DNA of 29,406 nucleotides from Batkoa obscura (Eukaryota): NCBI GenBank assembly GCA_030770535.1, contig JASVEC010000011.1, positions 1,364,001 to 1,393,406 of the forward strand, read 5' to 3'. Shown piece by piece: positions 10,753 to 21,970 of this stretch (position 1 is its first letter; each line of letters starts with the position of its first letter). The notes under the pieces were generated by a model. It saw only the letters and a program-made list of their open reading frames with translations, ran no database searches and was not told where the DNA came from. The position numbers and the translations under genes were made by a program.

Positions 10753-12150
10753 TCACTCAATTATTATTGTAATTAAAGAAATTTGTTTTAATATATTAAA
10801 AAGCTCATCCTTTTTTATATAATAATGAACATGAGAAAAATGAAAAATAATAGGTCTAGAGATGAATGGAAGATTATTGGGAGAAGAGTTTAAAAAAACA
10901 AAGTAATCAAATTGAATTAGCTCAAGGTTTGGGAATAAATAGAAACAACAAAATATATCTTGAATACTTAATTTACAAAATTTGAATATTAGTTTTTTAA
11001 TATAATTATATTTAATTATGTTCAAACTGTTCAAATTTAAATTACAGCAATACCCACTCTTGTTGTCGTCATGTAATAAATCATGATTATTATTACTATT
11101 GTTGCCATGCAATACATTATGATTATTATTATTATTATTTAAATCAAAGCACTCAAACAGAATCAAAGGTTGATTACAATTAATTAAATCAATAAAAACG
11201 AACTCAATAGTATGAATAGTTACTACAAGTAGAATACTATTTAAGATTAAATGTAAGCCTCCAAGGTGATTAATGCTTATTTTACTTAAATTTCTAAATA
11301 AATTAAACTTTATTTTATTAAGCATCGATTCATTAATGTATCCCAACGCTTTGATATTGGCTTTATTAACTTTGTCTAATAGTGGGATACCAATTGACTC
11401 ATTAAAATCTACATAAATGTACTGATAATTCAAGTACTCTATCTGATTTAAATAAGTAATAGAATATCCCATGTTCATTTTAAACATATTGGGCGATTTA
11501 ATAAATAGAGTAGGCTTTGAATAAAAACTGTTTTCACTGTTATGATAACTTAGTTTCAAATAACTTAAATGATCGAATTTATCTATAATTACATTATAAC
11601 AATCACGATGCATTTTATGATCAAATTCTATTACCAATTTTTTAAGTTGATGGCTATTGAGATATCTTGTTATTAAGTCGCTATCAACAGTTGAACTATA
11701 TATATTTAGGGTACTAATTTGATTTAGTATATTACTAAAACATATCATCATATTTTCAAGTTCATCATCGTTATCATAAATAGTCAACGTCTTTAATTTT
11801 TTAAATCTATTTGGAGTTAATAATAAATTCAATTGATTTACAGAAGCATTACTATTTATGAATAAACTAGTAATATTTGGACATGATTTCAAATAATATA
11901 CATCCTGGATTGTGTTTAACTTTAAATGCTTTATCGCTTTACCATTTCTCCTTATAAACCTAGTTTGAAACTCAAAATAAATTGGACTTGTACTATAACC
12001 AGAAAAGCATGAAAAATCATAAATCAAAGGATATATAACTGAATAAAGATATCTATTTAAAAAACAAAGGCCTATTAATTCATTTTTATCAACTAAATCA
12101 AATATTTGCTCTAATACAATGATCGGTAAAAATTCAAATTCAATACTCAT
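10753..12150 (-). CDS. F-box protein with degenerate LRR/RNI-like repeats (465 aa)
   Basis: N-terminal F-box FEFLPIIVLEQIFDLVDKNELIGLCFLNRYLY, followed by LxxLxI-type repeats (CPNITSLFI, FKKLKTLTI, FPNLELIQF). It is paralogous to 12882-14198. Confidence 0.85.
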   Translation of the reverse strand: MSIEFEFLPIIVLEQIFDLVDKNELIGLCFLNRYLYSVIYPLIYDFSCFSGYSTSPIYFEFQTRFIRRNGKAIKHLKLNTIQDVYYLKSCPNITSLFINSNASVNQLNLLLTPNRFKKLKTLTIYDNDDELENMMICFSNILNQISTLNIYSSTVDSDLITRYLNSHQLKKLVIEFDHKMHRDCYNVIIDKFDHLSYLKLSYHNSENSFYSKPTLFIKSPNMFKMNMGYSITYLNQIEYLNYQYIYVDFNESIGIPLLDKVNKANIKALGYINESMLNKIKFNLFRNLSKISINHLGGLHLILNSILLVVTIHTIEFVFIDLINCNQPLILFECFDLNNNNNNHNVLHGNNSNNNHDLLHDDNKSGYCCNLNLNSLNIIKYNYIKKLIFKFCKLSIQDIFCCFYLFPNLELIQFDYFVFLNSSPNNLPFISRPIIFHFSHVHYYIKKDELFNILKQISLITIIIE

Positions 12151-12881
12151 TTAAAATAGCTTTGAAAAGCCATTTTATTTTATTATTCTAGTAATTTATT
12201 AAAAATAAGCTATATGATTGGATAAAAACATACCAATCACTTAACATGATGATGCAACTGTCTTACATGACCAAAGTTGTAATTTTAGTTTAAAAATAAG
12301 CTTAATACGAAACTCCAAAAAGAATATATATATAAAAACTTTGGTGCTTTAACATATATGAAAAACATTGCTAAACTAATCAATGAGACTTGAATCGATA
12401 TTTCTAAGGGTCTGTGTTTATTTGCCATATAATAAATAGTAATACATCTAAAGATGAGCGTAAGATTAGTATTTGAATTAGCTTTCAGAACAATTATTTG
12501 ATATGTTAACTAAATACTTTAATATAATAAATCATCAATATTTATTATCTATAAAGGTATAAATAATTATATCAGGAAAGATTATAAATAAATCAATTAT
12601 AGAAAAATGATAATAATAACTAATGAATTATTTTATAGTATAGTGTATTTCCCATTAAAATTATATAGTCAACTAAAGCAAAAGATAATGATTTGAAATA
12701 AAGTTATACTCTATAAAGTATTAAATATGGTACTTGTACTATTGAAAATATGTAGCCTTTTAGTTTACTATATATTGTAACTTGTAAAAAGCTAATTTAG
12801 AAAAGAAACTTTAAAAGTGAAATTTAGATCGAATATAAGAAACATATTTGATAATATAAATGTAAATCCAATAATGATAAG

Positions 12882-14198
12882 TTAGTTTATTATTTCAATG
12901 AACGGATTTCTGGATAAAGAAGATTTTACTTTTTCCAAATCAGCACCAACGTCATAAAACAATATATTATTAAATTGAAAATAAGTAAGCTCATTAAGTT
13001 CAATATTAATATCATTAAAATCTTGATCCACAAAATAGCAATTAGAGAGTGAGACAAGTTGAATACTTGGGAATAAGCATAAAAGATTAAAAATATCTTG
13101 TAGAGAAGACAGACTGTGTTTAATGACTAGTTTTTGAATTGTTTTATACTGTATTAAACTACTATAATACTCACCTTGATCATCATAATTGATTGCTTCA
13201 AAACATTCAAGCCTAATTAATCTGTTAGCTTCAATAAAATCGATTTCTAAAGTTGTAATACTAGGAATAGATGAAATTATGTCCAATATCTCTTTTAAGT
13301 CATCACGTGCTCTTATTATTATTTTGCTTAACTTTGGGAATAAATTTAAGTTATAGAAATGAAGTAGAGATGGGGTTATATAACCTAAAGCTCGAACCTT
13401 CTTTTTATCAACTTTATCAAATATGTTTTTGTCAACTTCCCTCCAGTCTGCATTAAAATAAATCTGATCGTAATCTAATAAACCTTCGATTTCACTTAAA
13501 TAATCGATATAGACATTAACATTGATTTTAAATTTATTTGTTGAGTGTAAAAACAAAACATAATCCGAACAAAAAGTTTGATCACCACTACCATCATTTA
13601 TTAAAAAATACTTTAAATTAATAAATTTATTTCTTAGTTGAGTCAAATGAGAATTATTAATGTCAGAATTACTTACTATTGTCAAATACTTCAACTTTTC
13701 TTCATTAAAATAGTCAATGATTATATCTACATCAATAGTATCGCTTTGAATACTGAAACTTTCAATTTGGTTAAGTAAATACTTAAAACTTAACAAAGTA
13801 CTCTGATAGTTATTGCTTTCGCCATAAAGATCTAATTTCTTTAAGTTTGGAAATGAGTTTGAACTTGATGATAATTTTAACTGAGTAATATTAACATCAT
13901 AATCTATAGATAAGCTTCTAATATTTTCACAAAGGGTTAAATTTGGTAATTCATTATCATTAAATATAGTTATAAATCTCATTTTTTTACTATTTAATTT
14001 AATAAATTCAAGTTGTAACCGGCTGTATTTTGAATCTTCAAGGTAAACTGAGCTGAATAAATTACAGTAGATTTTCCTAGAAATCATCGAGAAAAAATAT
14101 CTATTTAAGCTGCAGACTTCAAAAAGTTGTTGTGGATCTAAATAGTCAAAGATTTGGTCTAAAATTACTGTTGGTAAATACTCAAACTTTATACTCAT
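12882..14198 (-). CDS. F-box protein with degenerate LRR/RNI-like repeats (438 aa)
   Basis: F-box FEYLPTVILDQIFDYLDPQQLFEVCSLNRYF, followed by repeats CENIRSLSI, FPNLKKLDL and FPKLSKIII. It is a tandem paralog of 10753-12150. Confidence 0.87.
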   Translation of the reverse strand: MSIKFEYLPTVILDQIFDYLDPQQLFEVCSLNRYFFSMISRKIYCNLFSSVYLEDSKYSRLQLEFIKLNSKKMRFITIFNDNELPNLTLCENIRSLSIDYDVNITQLKLSSSSNSFPNLKKLDLYGESNNYQSTLLSFKYLLNQIESFSIQSDTIDVDIIIDYFNEEKLKYLTIVSNSDINNSHLTQLRNKFINLKYFLINDGSGDQTFCSDYVLFLHSTNKFKINVNVYIDYLSEIEGLLDYDQIYFNADWREVDKNIFDKVDKKKVRALGYITPSLLHFYNLNLFPKLSKIIIRARDDLKEILDIISSIPSITTLEIDFIEANRLIRLECFEAINYDDQGEYYSSLIQYKTIQKLVIKHSLSSLQDIFNLLCLFPSIQLVSLSNCYFVDQDFNDINIELNELTYFQFNNILFYDVGADLEKVKSSLSRNPFIEIIN

Positions 14199-14660
14199 TT
14201 TAGTTTAATGCTTGTAATTCAATTTAGGATGCATTTATAAAAATAATCAACATTTTTATCAACCTTTAAGAATAGCCAAAGTAGTAACCAACCATAATTT
14301 ATCCTTTTTTTGCTTTTTCTGACAGTGAAATTTAAATTGCCTTTATAGAACTTTGTAAAATATTTATGAAGCAACCTCAAATTTTAAGTGATTACGTATT
14401 AGCGAAAGAATTTTTTGTAGAAATTACTTTGAATAAAAATATAGTAATTTCATAAATTTAATGCTATGTGCATCTTTGACTAAAAAGTGGCATAAGTTCC
14501 ATATAAGCTATTTATTTGTATAATAGCAATAAAATTCTTTGTATCTATAAATAATAGTACTATTTAGAAGATAACCGATTTGAAAGTTCAAAGCATCAAT
14601 GAATTTAAACAAAGTTATTGAAAATTTAAAATACTAATTATAAATAGTCATTCTTAATAT

Positions 14661-16418
14661 TTATACTGGAAATTTTAAAGATACAGCAATCATTTCAATT
14701 AATTTCAAATTTAATCGGCACATTCCCATAGCAGAAGGTATGTTTAATAAAGACTCTAATAATTCTTTGCCTTTTTTAACATACATAACATTCATATTGT
14801 CATTTCCTCCATACAGTATCATAAAAACTAAACATGTAGGAACATGAGGGCAATCAAGAGTAAGGGTATATTTGTGTGAAACTGTAACTGCACTATCAAT
14901 TACAGAATAACATTGTTTGAGTATAGTTTTAATATAATTTGATGCATAATTATCACTAGTAATATTAACAGTATGCTCTTCAAACTCATAAATCTTCTTT
15001 TCTTTTGATAATTTAAATTGAATGGAGCAAATCCAAAAATTAATATGATGAAAAAAGTAAGTAACGGAGTTTTGATAATCCTTAATGGTTACTTTTAAAA
15101 TTTTGTTATCTACGAAAGACAAAAAATCATCCAAAATAGTGATGTATTTTTCTTTGACGGCAGATGCTTTGAATGAAAGTTTCTTCAAAAAATCGTTGAG
15201 TTTTACTTGATCCTCTATCCCATTTATCTTTTTCTCTTTAATTAAACGCAAGTCGAAAAACAGTGTACTTATTATATATAAAAATTCTTGTAGCTTTAAA
15301 AAGCAATATCGCTGAATGTCTTTATCATCTTTGTCAAAATTATAACTGTGACGAGAAAATTTACTTACATAATAGTTATCTAACTTTTCTAACCCTGACG
15401 GGAGCATGGGTTCAGCAATACATGTTCCGAAATTTAATAACATTCCATTGTAAAAAGAATTTAACACACAATAGGTATAAGCCCGTTCAATATTAATCTT
15501 TTTAGGTAACTTCTTTGATGGTTGGTTTAATCCTATAATAAATGAAATCCTATAACAATGAAATAAAAGGAATTCTTTGATACCGCCAATCCAGGCCAAA
15601 CATGCGATTCCATTGATAGTTATAAGTATTGTTTGTATGCTATCTAAATTAGGCTTGATTCGAGGAACACTTGAAAGAAAATTATAAAGTATTCCCTCAA
15701 AATATTTAATTACATTCTTTACTGTTTCCGTCTGTTCCATATGTAAAAGGCCCCCTACAAGTATTGCTGATTTCAAATTGAAGGAGCATGAAGCGAAATT
15801 GAACCTCGTCTCATCAAATAAAGGAAATGTTTTATTAATAAATTTAAAATAATTAATTACTGCTTCTTTTAAAAGTAGTCCTATATTAAGGGTAGTTTCA
15901 TCTGGTACTTCAGGTATGAACATTAGTTTTCTAGGCTTGAGCGTTAATAGACCTAATTTATCGGTCAGTGTAATAAACAGATTTAAACCTTTGCTAGGAA
16001 AAAATGGTGATGGGTTTTGAATAAGATTTAATAAATTTTCTAATAATGATTTCCTTTTAAATCTATTAAAAATTCCTAGGATATTATTTGAGAAGTTAAA
16101 ATCCTTTGGTAATTTTAATAGTTGATGTCTTGTTTCTTTCAGTTGAATTAGGTTTCGAATAGTTACTTTTTCTTTTACCGGAATGAAGTTGGCTTTTGAT
16201 GTGTTCTTGAATTTAATATCTTTTGCTTTTCTTGCTGCTTCAAATTTGACCTCATCTTTTTTATTATATATGAGCTTCCTATCTAAAGTACATTCAATAT
16301 TCCTTTTTATACATTTTGAACATTTAGGCAATGACCTATCGCATTTAAAATGGCTTTTGGAGCATTGATCACATCTATATCTTCTTTTGATGATTTCTAA
16401 TACATTTTGACTTTCCAT
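14661..16418 (-). CDS. Zn(II)2Cys6 transcription factor, copy B (585 aa), inverted paralog of 3608-5395
   Basis: CDQCSKSHFKCDRSLPKCSKCIKRNIEC. It is colinear over the full length with copy A (50 of the first 60 residues identical), and the ~60 bp of 5' flank are also similar. Confidence 0.93.
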   Translation of the reverse strand: MESQNVLEIIKRRYRCDQCSKSHFKCDRSLPKCSKCIKRNIECTLDRKLIYNKKDEVKFEAARKAKDIKFKNTSKANFIPVKEKVTIRNLIQLKETRHQLLKLPKDFNFSNNILGIFNRFKRKSLLENLLNLIQNPSPFFPSKGLNLFITLTDKLGLLTLKPRKLMFIPEVPDETTLNIGLLLKEAVINYFKFINKTFPLFDETRFNFASCSFNLKSAILVGGLLHMEQTETVKNVIKYFEGILYNFLSSVPRIKPNLDSIQTILITINGIACLAWIGGIKEFLLFHCYRISFIIGLNQPSKKLPKKINIERAYTYCVLNSFYNGMLLNFGTCIAEPMLPSGLEKLDNYYVSKFSRHSYNFDKDDKDIQRYCFLKLQEFLYIISTLFFDLRLIKEKKINGIEDQVKLNDFLKKLSFKASAVKEKYITILDDFLSFVDNKILKVTIKDYQNSVTYFFHHINFWICSIQFKLSKEKKIYEFEEHTVNITSDNYASNYIKTILKQCYSVIDSAVTVSHKYTLTLDCPHVPTCLVFMILYGGNDNMNVMYVKKGKELLESLLNIPSAMGMCRLNLKLIEMIAVSLKFPV

Positions 16419-16859
16419 AAAGTTAAAAGGTTCAAAAATATTCTTAAGTATTATACAACATGACTAATCTGTTCAAATATTTGCTATGGCTAATTTAAAC
16501 AAATGCTTAATTTTGTAAAAAAAGTGAGAGCTTTCTGCTAAAGCTGTTCGACAAGGAGCCAATCAACTATGACAAATCAAATTTAAATTTACTCCCCATA
16601 CTCCGAAATAAACGCCAATTTTAAATTTGGGAAAGTATTTTCGGATTGCATTATGTTCCTTTCTTAAGTAGCTTAAAATAACGAGAAATCATCAATGTAT
16701 AAAAAACATCAAAAAATATTTAAATGTATTTAAAAATTTGACATCTAAACAGTATTTATTTAAAGTTAAAAATTAGTGGGAAAAAGGGTTAATCATAATA
16801 AGTAAAGATTCACTAAACTGAGAAGCTTATGATGTTTTCATTTGTGTATTCCTTTCATC

Positions 16860-18305
16860 AATCTTTTGGTTATATTTTTCTTTAATCATACCCATACTTC
16901 TCACAGCTCTAATATATAACTTCTCTGGTGCAGTAATCAACTTGTTATTTTCATTTTCATGTGAGTAATTATACATTTAAAGATCATATTAGTCATTGTT
17001 GATGCACAACAGATTGACTGGTTTGATAGTAGTAAGACTAGTGATAATATTTTTGGGCCTTTCTTTTCTTAATTCACGTTTGTAATATATATATTGTAGT
17101 GCTATTAAAATAATCTCAATTACCACTGATTCAAGGCCTGTACCCTAATTAATGAATTACCATTATTACTGTTATTATTATTAGGGTCACTGATTAATCT
17201 TTTATTCTCTTGATCCTTATCGTTTGTTACAAGAAACATCCTATCAAATTGTTGCCAAGTTTTCATATCAGTATTAAAACTATATTTGACCTCTATAACG
17301 CAGTTAGTTTATTGCTAAGTGTAGAGTCCATATATTTATTGTATTTATAGTTTGTAATTTTTTCTAAACTAAACGTACTTATCATATATTTATCTTTACT
17401 AACAACGCTCTGTTGTTAGCAATCCAAGGTGCTTTATTTAATGACATAAACTTAAAGGGACAAGATTGAATTTTATAAACATTATTCCTTTTAGAATCAG
17501 ATCCCGGTATCTCTTAGTATACTAATTGATTTGTTATTGAATATGTATACATGAGTGGTTTTGTTACATTCAACAGGGTGCCCAATCAAATTATGAAAAG
17601 TCAAGTCTAATTCGAATATTAAATCTTTAAAAGGAGGAATAGGATCTATTGAAATTTTTCTTTTTTCATGAAATTACAGTTTATTCTTTCTGGTAAACAG
17701 TTATTATATGTTATAATTTTTATTTACTTGATGTATTGCTTTTACTTCCTTAGCTCGAAGATTAAAAGATATTAATCTTACTGTTAAAAATGAAAAATGA
17801 TCAAAGACATTAAAAATATATAATTCATTTAAACCTTTATCATCTTGTGAAACATTAAAGCTCTACTGGTATGTAATCCTTTCTTTCATGAAAATAAAAG
17901 TACTGTTTTAATAATATAAGTCTTTAATAGGATGTTTTTTATATTATTGCTTTTTATCGATATTAAAATAATTAAATTTCATCATTATTTGTGGATTATC
18001 AATACGAAAATAGACCATTGTTTTATTACCAATATAAAAAAATCTGGGTTTACTATCACTTTTAGTAAATTAGTTACGCTATATTCTCCCCACCCCATTG
18101 TGTTGCCAGATAATCTAATCTCTTTTTTTAAATCCAATTTATATAGATAACTATTAATCATGTCGACTTCTATATTCGGAACATCAATAAATCCACCCAA
18201 ATAATATAGCTCATCTTCTATTATCATACATCCACCAAAATTTGATCGTGATATAGCATCAATTTTGTGGAACAGAAAATCTATTTAAAAACAAAGTAAT
18301 AACAT
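16860..18305 (-). pseudogene. Decayed Kelch/beta-propeller-like type I membrane protein, copy B
   Basis: ATG 18305 reads MLLLCF*IDFLFHKIDAISRSNFGGCMIIEDELYYLGGFIDVPNIEVDMINSYLYKLDL, with a Kelch-like LYYLGG..LYKLDL motif. Later fragments QQFDRMFLVTNDKDQE and YKRELRKERPKNIITSLTTIKPVNLL align to copy A EQVNGVFLVTYNKEEK and YKGKLKKKRHPDFITEPIAINPVNFL. There are multiple stops and frameshifts, and the 3' boundary is approximate. Confidence 0.7.
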
Positions 18306-18611
18306 TTAAAAAGACAAAATTAATAGTTAGTTGGCTTAATTTACATAATGCTGTTCCTTTAAAATAAGGACTTTCATTTATAAATTGCTACCTGTTATAA
18401 TCTAGTTTTAATTATTATTCTATTTTGAAATATTCCCAAAAACAAACAAGTAAATAACATATTATTTTGGTATAATATAATTAACTTTCATATAGTTTTA
18501 GCTTCAGAGTTAAAAATCAAAATAATCGTTTTATTTAAATGTGCAAGTGACTTATAGAAATTCATTGGTAATTTAATAATAATGAATCAAGTATAAAAGA
18601 ATAAATATAAT

Positions 18612-19088
18612 AATATAATATTTAATTATGATATAACGTTTATTTAAATAAACTAACAATTATATGGATTATCAATATCAATCCAACTACTAAAAGTACA
18701 TTTAGAATCAGCAAGGATATTATAGCAATCCCATTCCCCATCATTCCAAGTCCAGCATCTTGGACAATTATAACCATCATAGCAGTAAACTCCACTATTT
18801 CCTTTATTACAACGTTCAGTGTTTGGATTAGGACAAAGAGACATTACAAATGGAAGTACAAAAGATAAAGCAGCAATTGATTGAATAAATTTCATGTTTG
18901 ATTTAATTGATAATATAAAATAATTATTTCATTAAAGTATTTATACTATGAGTTATAAGTTAAACCTAAGTATCATTTTTAAAATATCTTACAAGGAAAT
19001 AAGGTAATAATTATAAATAATTGTTATTTTAAAGCAATCTAATTGTATAATACAATGATATTTATAAATAATAGAAAGTTTATTTATT
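18612..19088 (-). repeat. Right arm of the long inverted repeat (partner 1-477)
   Basis: Exact reverse complement of 1-477 as read by eye. The outer boundary cannot be fixed because the partner runs off the window start. Confidence 0.95.
18653..18895 (-). CDS. Small secreted cysteine-rich protein (80 aa, 8 Cys), copy B, identical to 194-436
   Basis: Protein and DNA are identical to copy A. Confidence 0.9.
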   Translation of the reverse strand: MKFIQSIAALSFVLPFVMSLCPNPNTERCNKGNSGVYCYDGYNCPRCWTWNDGEWDCYNILADSKCTFSSWIDIDNPYNC

Positions 19089-19569
19089 TAGTTCAAAATA
19101 AATTAAACTACTAAAATAAAATTAAAGCCAGGATTTTTTAGTTGGGTGAATTTTAAAAATAGAAGTCAATTTTTTACAAGTAGGCCATTATTTAAAAATA
19201 TAACTGCCAAAGCTATTTTATAACCATAGAATAATCAAACAACTATAGTTATTGCTTTGAAGCTAAATTTCAAATATCTAAAAATAACACTATAAAATTT
19301 TACAAGACCATCATTTAGATATTCTCTTTCAAAAATTACACGAAAACAGAGATAATTCGTATATACTTAATAAAAAAAACTCATTTATTTTTAATATTTT
19401 AAATTATGTATAGTGTTATAAAAATTTTCCCTAATATATAGACATGTTTTTGTGACTACTACTTAACTAATAGTTTATTTAAATTTGAGGTTTAAAAAAT
19501 AAGTATACAAAAAAATAACTAAATGATAAAGTTGTCATATTAATTAGCTTTGAAAACTATCATTTTTTT

Positions 19570-20719
19570 AAAAGCCATCTTTATTTCTTTTTAGAAAGCT
19601 TGGAATAATAGGTTTATTGTTTCTTTTTTTGTGGTAATAAATGCTAAATAAAATGAGTAATAAGCTCAACACACTACCAATAACTCATCCTGTTATTTTG
19701 CTTTTAACATTATAAGTAGATTAATATCCCAATTGATCAATCAGCTATTCTTTTTTTTTAAATAACTGGAGTAACTTTGTCACTATCTTTATAAGCTACA
19801 AACGGAAGTAACAAATGATCATAATAAAATACAACACACTTAATATTTATATCAATGTTAGGCATGTAGTGATTAGACCAAGTTAGCTTTTCTAAATCAA
19901 GAATGTATAATTCAAATAGTTACTCAAATACAAGATAAATCAAATTTTTGTTTCTTGTATAAACATTTTTTACTGTCCTTAAACGTGGTGGTGAAATTCC
20001 ATTTACATATTTTTTGTTTATGACGCCATTTTTAAGGTTAATTGAATTTACGAAGCCATTCAAAGAGTACTGCTCATCATTACCGCTAATGGGGTAGGAT
20101 ATACCATTATAAACTTCCATTATTGATACGCCAATATAGTTCAAATTATCTTTGGTATAATTCCATAATATTTCTTTTTCATTACAAATCGATATTCTAC
20201 TTTTAGGGTTATTATTTTTTTCAGAGTTTATTTCAGTATAATATAGAGAATATTTATCTAGATCAGGATCACCTTGGGTAATAACAAATTTATTAATATC
20301 ATCTTCCAACATATTTACTGTCTGATTAAATGGTTTAAGCCTGGTTTCTTTAGCATTCTAACTTTTATTGCTAATGTCATAGTAGTATACTAAAGACCTG
20401 TCGATGTCATAAATATGTTGATTGTTTTATTTGGATCACTTCCGATACTACTGTACTTTAATTGAGGATCAAGTTTCTCACATTTAAAATGAAAATCTCA
20501 TTTGAGATTTGAGTTTATGTAGTAAATTGTACCATCTAGATCTAAACTATAGATTGTATGATTTATAGAATATCTATTACCACGTCCAATATATTCACCA
20601 TTAAACGTATATAACTTATTATCGATTTTAGAGGATTTTCCAGAGTTAAAGAAAGGGGAACTTACATCAATTATAAGCGCAATTACTACCAAGAAAGCAA
20701 TAATAAAAAATGAAATCAT
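19570..20719 (-). pseudogene. Decayed Kelch-like type I membrane protein, copy C (more distant paralog)
   Basis: MISFFIIAFLVVIALIIDVSS is a signal peptide, followed by the Kelch-like blade KIDNKLYTFNG..IYSLDL. A fragment lies at 19920-20312. A TM helix and basic tail KITG*VIGSVLSLLLILFSIYYHKKRNNK lie at ~19610-19700, with an in-frame TGA at 19685-19687. The frame is broken between fragments. Confidence 0.55.
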
Positions 20720-20754
20720 TTTTTATTTATAAACTTTTAATTATTTAGTTTATA

Positions 20755-20858
20755 TATGAGGGTGTTTTTTTTATTTCATCACTTTTTCCATTTTTTAAGC
20801 GCTATTTAAGTGGAAAGATTACTAGTAAAATTCTTAAACAAAAAAATACATCCCCATA
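20755..20858 (-). mobile_element. MITE-like element, copy 3
   Basis: The reverse complement reads TATGGGGATGTATTTTTTTGTTTAAGAATTTTACTAGTAATCTTTCCACTTAAATAGCGCTTAAAAAATGGAAAAAGTGATGAAATAAAAAAAACACCCTCATA, which is near-identical to copy 2. It lies ~35 bp upstream of ATG 20719. Confidence 0.75.
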
Positions 20859-21970
20859 TGCTGTTTCCAAGCAACTTACTATAGTTTATCTTTTGGATGC
20901 TTTTATAGATATTAAATGAGAAAGCCGTTTGCTATTTATAGATAAGTTATTTTAAATATGCACCTCTACTATTTTATCAATTATTATACAGCGTTATCAT
21001 ATACTTTTTAGTAAGGTATTTACTATCATATTACTTTCTAGTATAATATCATTATTATTTCACATTTATTTTTAAACAATATAGCTTTTGTTAAATAACA
21101 GGCAATAGCAACTTACCTCAAGAGTAAAAATTCGTAAAGTTAATAATAGTTTTATATTTAAAGACAGCGATATAATATAAAAAGTGTGAGGAATAATGCA
21201 ATTGAATTGGTACCTATAATAATAAAAGTAGTACATCTTAAAATATTATAAAAATAGGTACTTGTCATAGTTGATATTATTAACTATTAACTGTTACCTA
21301 ATTATACCTAAAAAACAACCAAATATTTATTTATATGTTTTATGATTGAATTAAACTTCAACTTGATTATTTTAACGAAATAGCATGCAAGCTTTAATAA
21401 AAAGCTATGTAAGTTAAATACAATATTACAATTGAAAATTTTTTTATTGACGCAAGAAATAGTTTGGATGCTTTTATATTATTTAAGCAGACTTTAGACA
21501 AGATGTTATAAAATCAGAGAATTTTTTTTAAAACACTCTAGTCGTTTCTTACACTCAAACCATATATCAAATGTTATTTCTACTTTTACTTAATAACTAT
21601 ACTTTATATTTGATAAAACTATATGGTTTTTAAAGTGAAAGAGGTGCCAAGGACTATAAAGTCAAGCGTTAAACAACTTTGCTAAATATTATAACAAAAT
21701 CTTTAAATCACTATTGTAAAATTTTCTATATTAAATTATTTAATAACGATTAGCAAATGTTTTTATTTATTTTTCATTTTTAAACTTAAAATTTAAATAA
21801 ATCCATTAAATTAATAATAATAGAGTATACTTACTTACAAATTAAGGGAAGCTGATAAATAATTTTTTCACAATAAATTTATGTGAATTAAATAAACAAT
21901 CTAAATAATCTGTTGGAACATTAACAACTTTATATAAAAAGGAACGACAAACAGTTAACTTTAACTAAAT

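Noticed and set aside
16600..16646. CCG...CGG triplets upstream of TF copy B as an autoregulatory Zn2Cys6 site
   Set aside because: The spacing (~35 bp) is too long for a dimer site, and the arrangement is not conserved upstream of copy A.
1306..20719. RIP-like mutation of the duplicated genes (probable TGG-to-TGA stops at 1514 and 19685)
   Set aside because: There are too few sites, and general AT-biased drift explains them. The identical 477-bp linked repeat and both TF paralogs are intact, which argues against active RIP.
20892..21478. 16-bp direct repeat TTTGGATGCTTTTATA at ~20892 and ~21463
   Set aside because: It is short and AT-rich, with no LTR or TIR hallmarks and no coding remnant between the copies.
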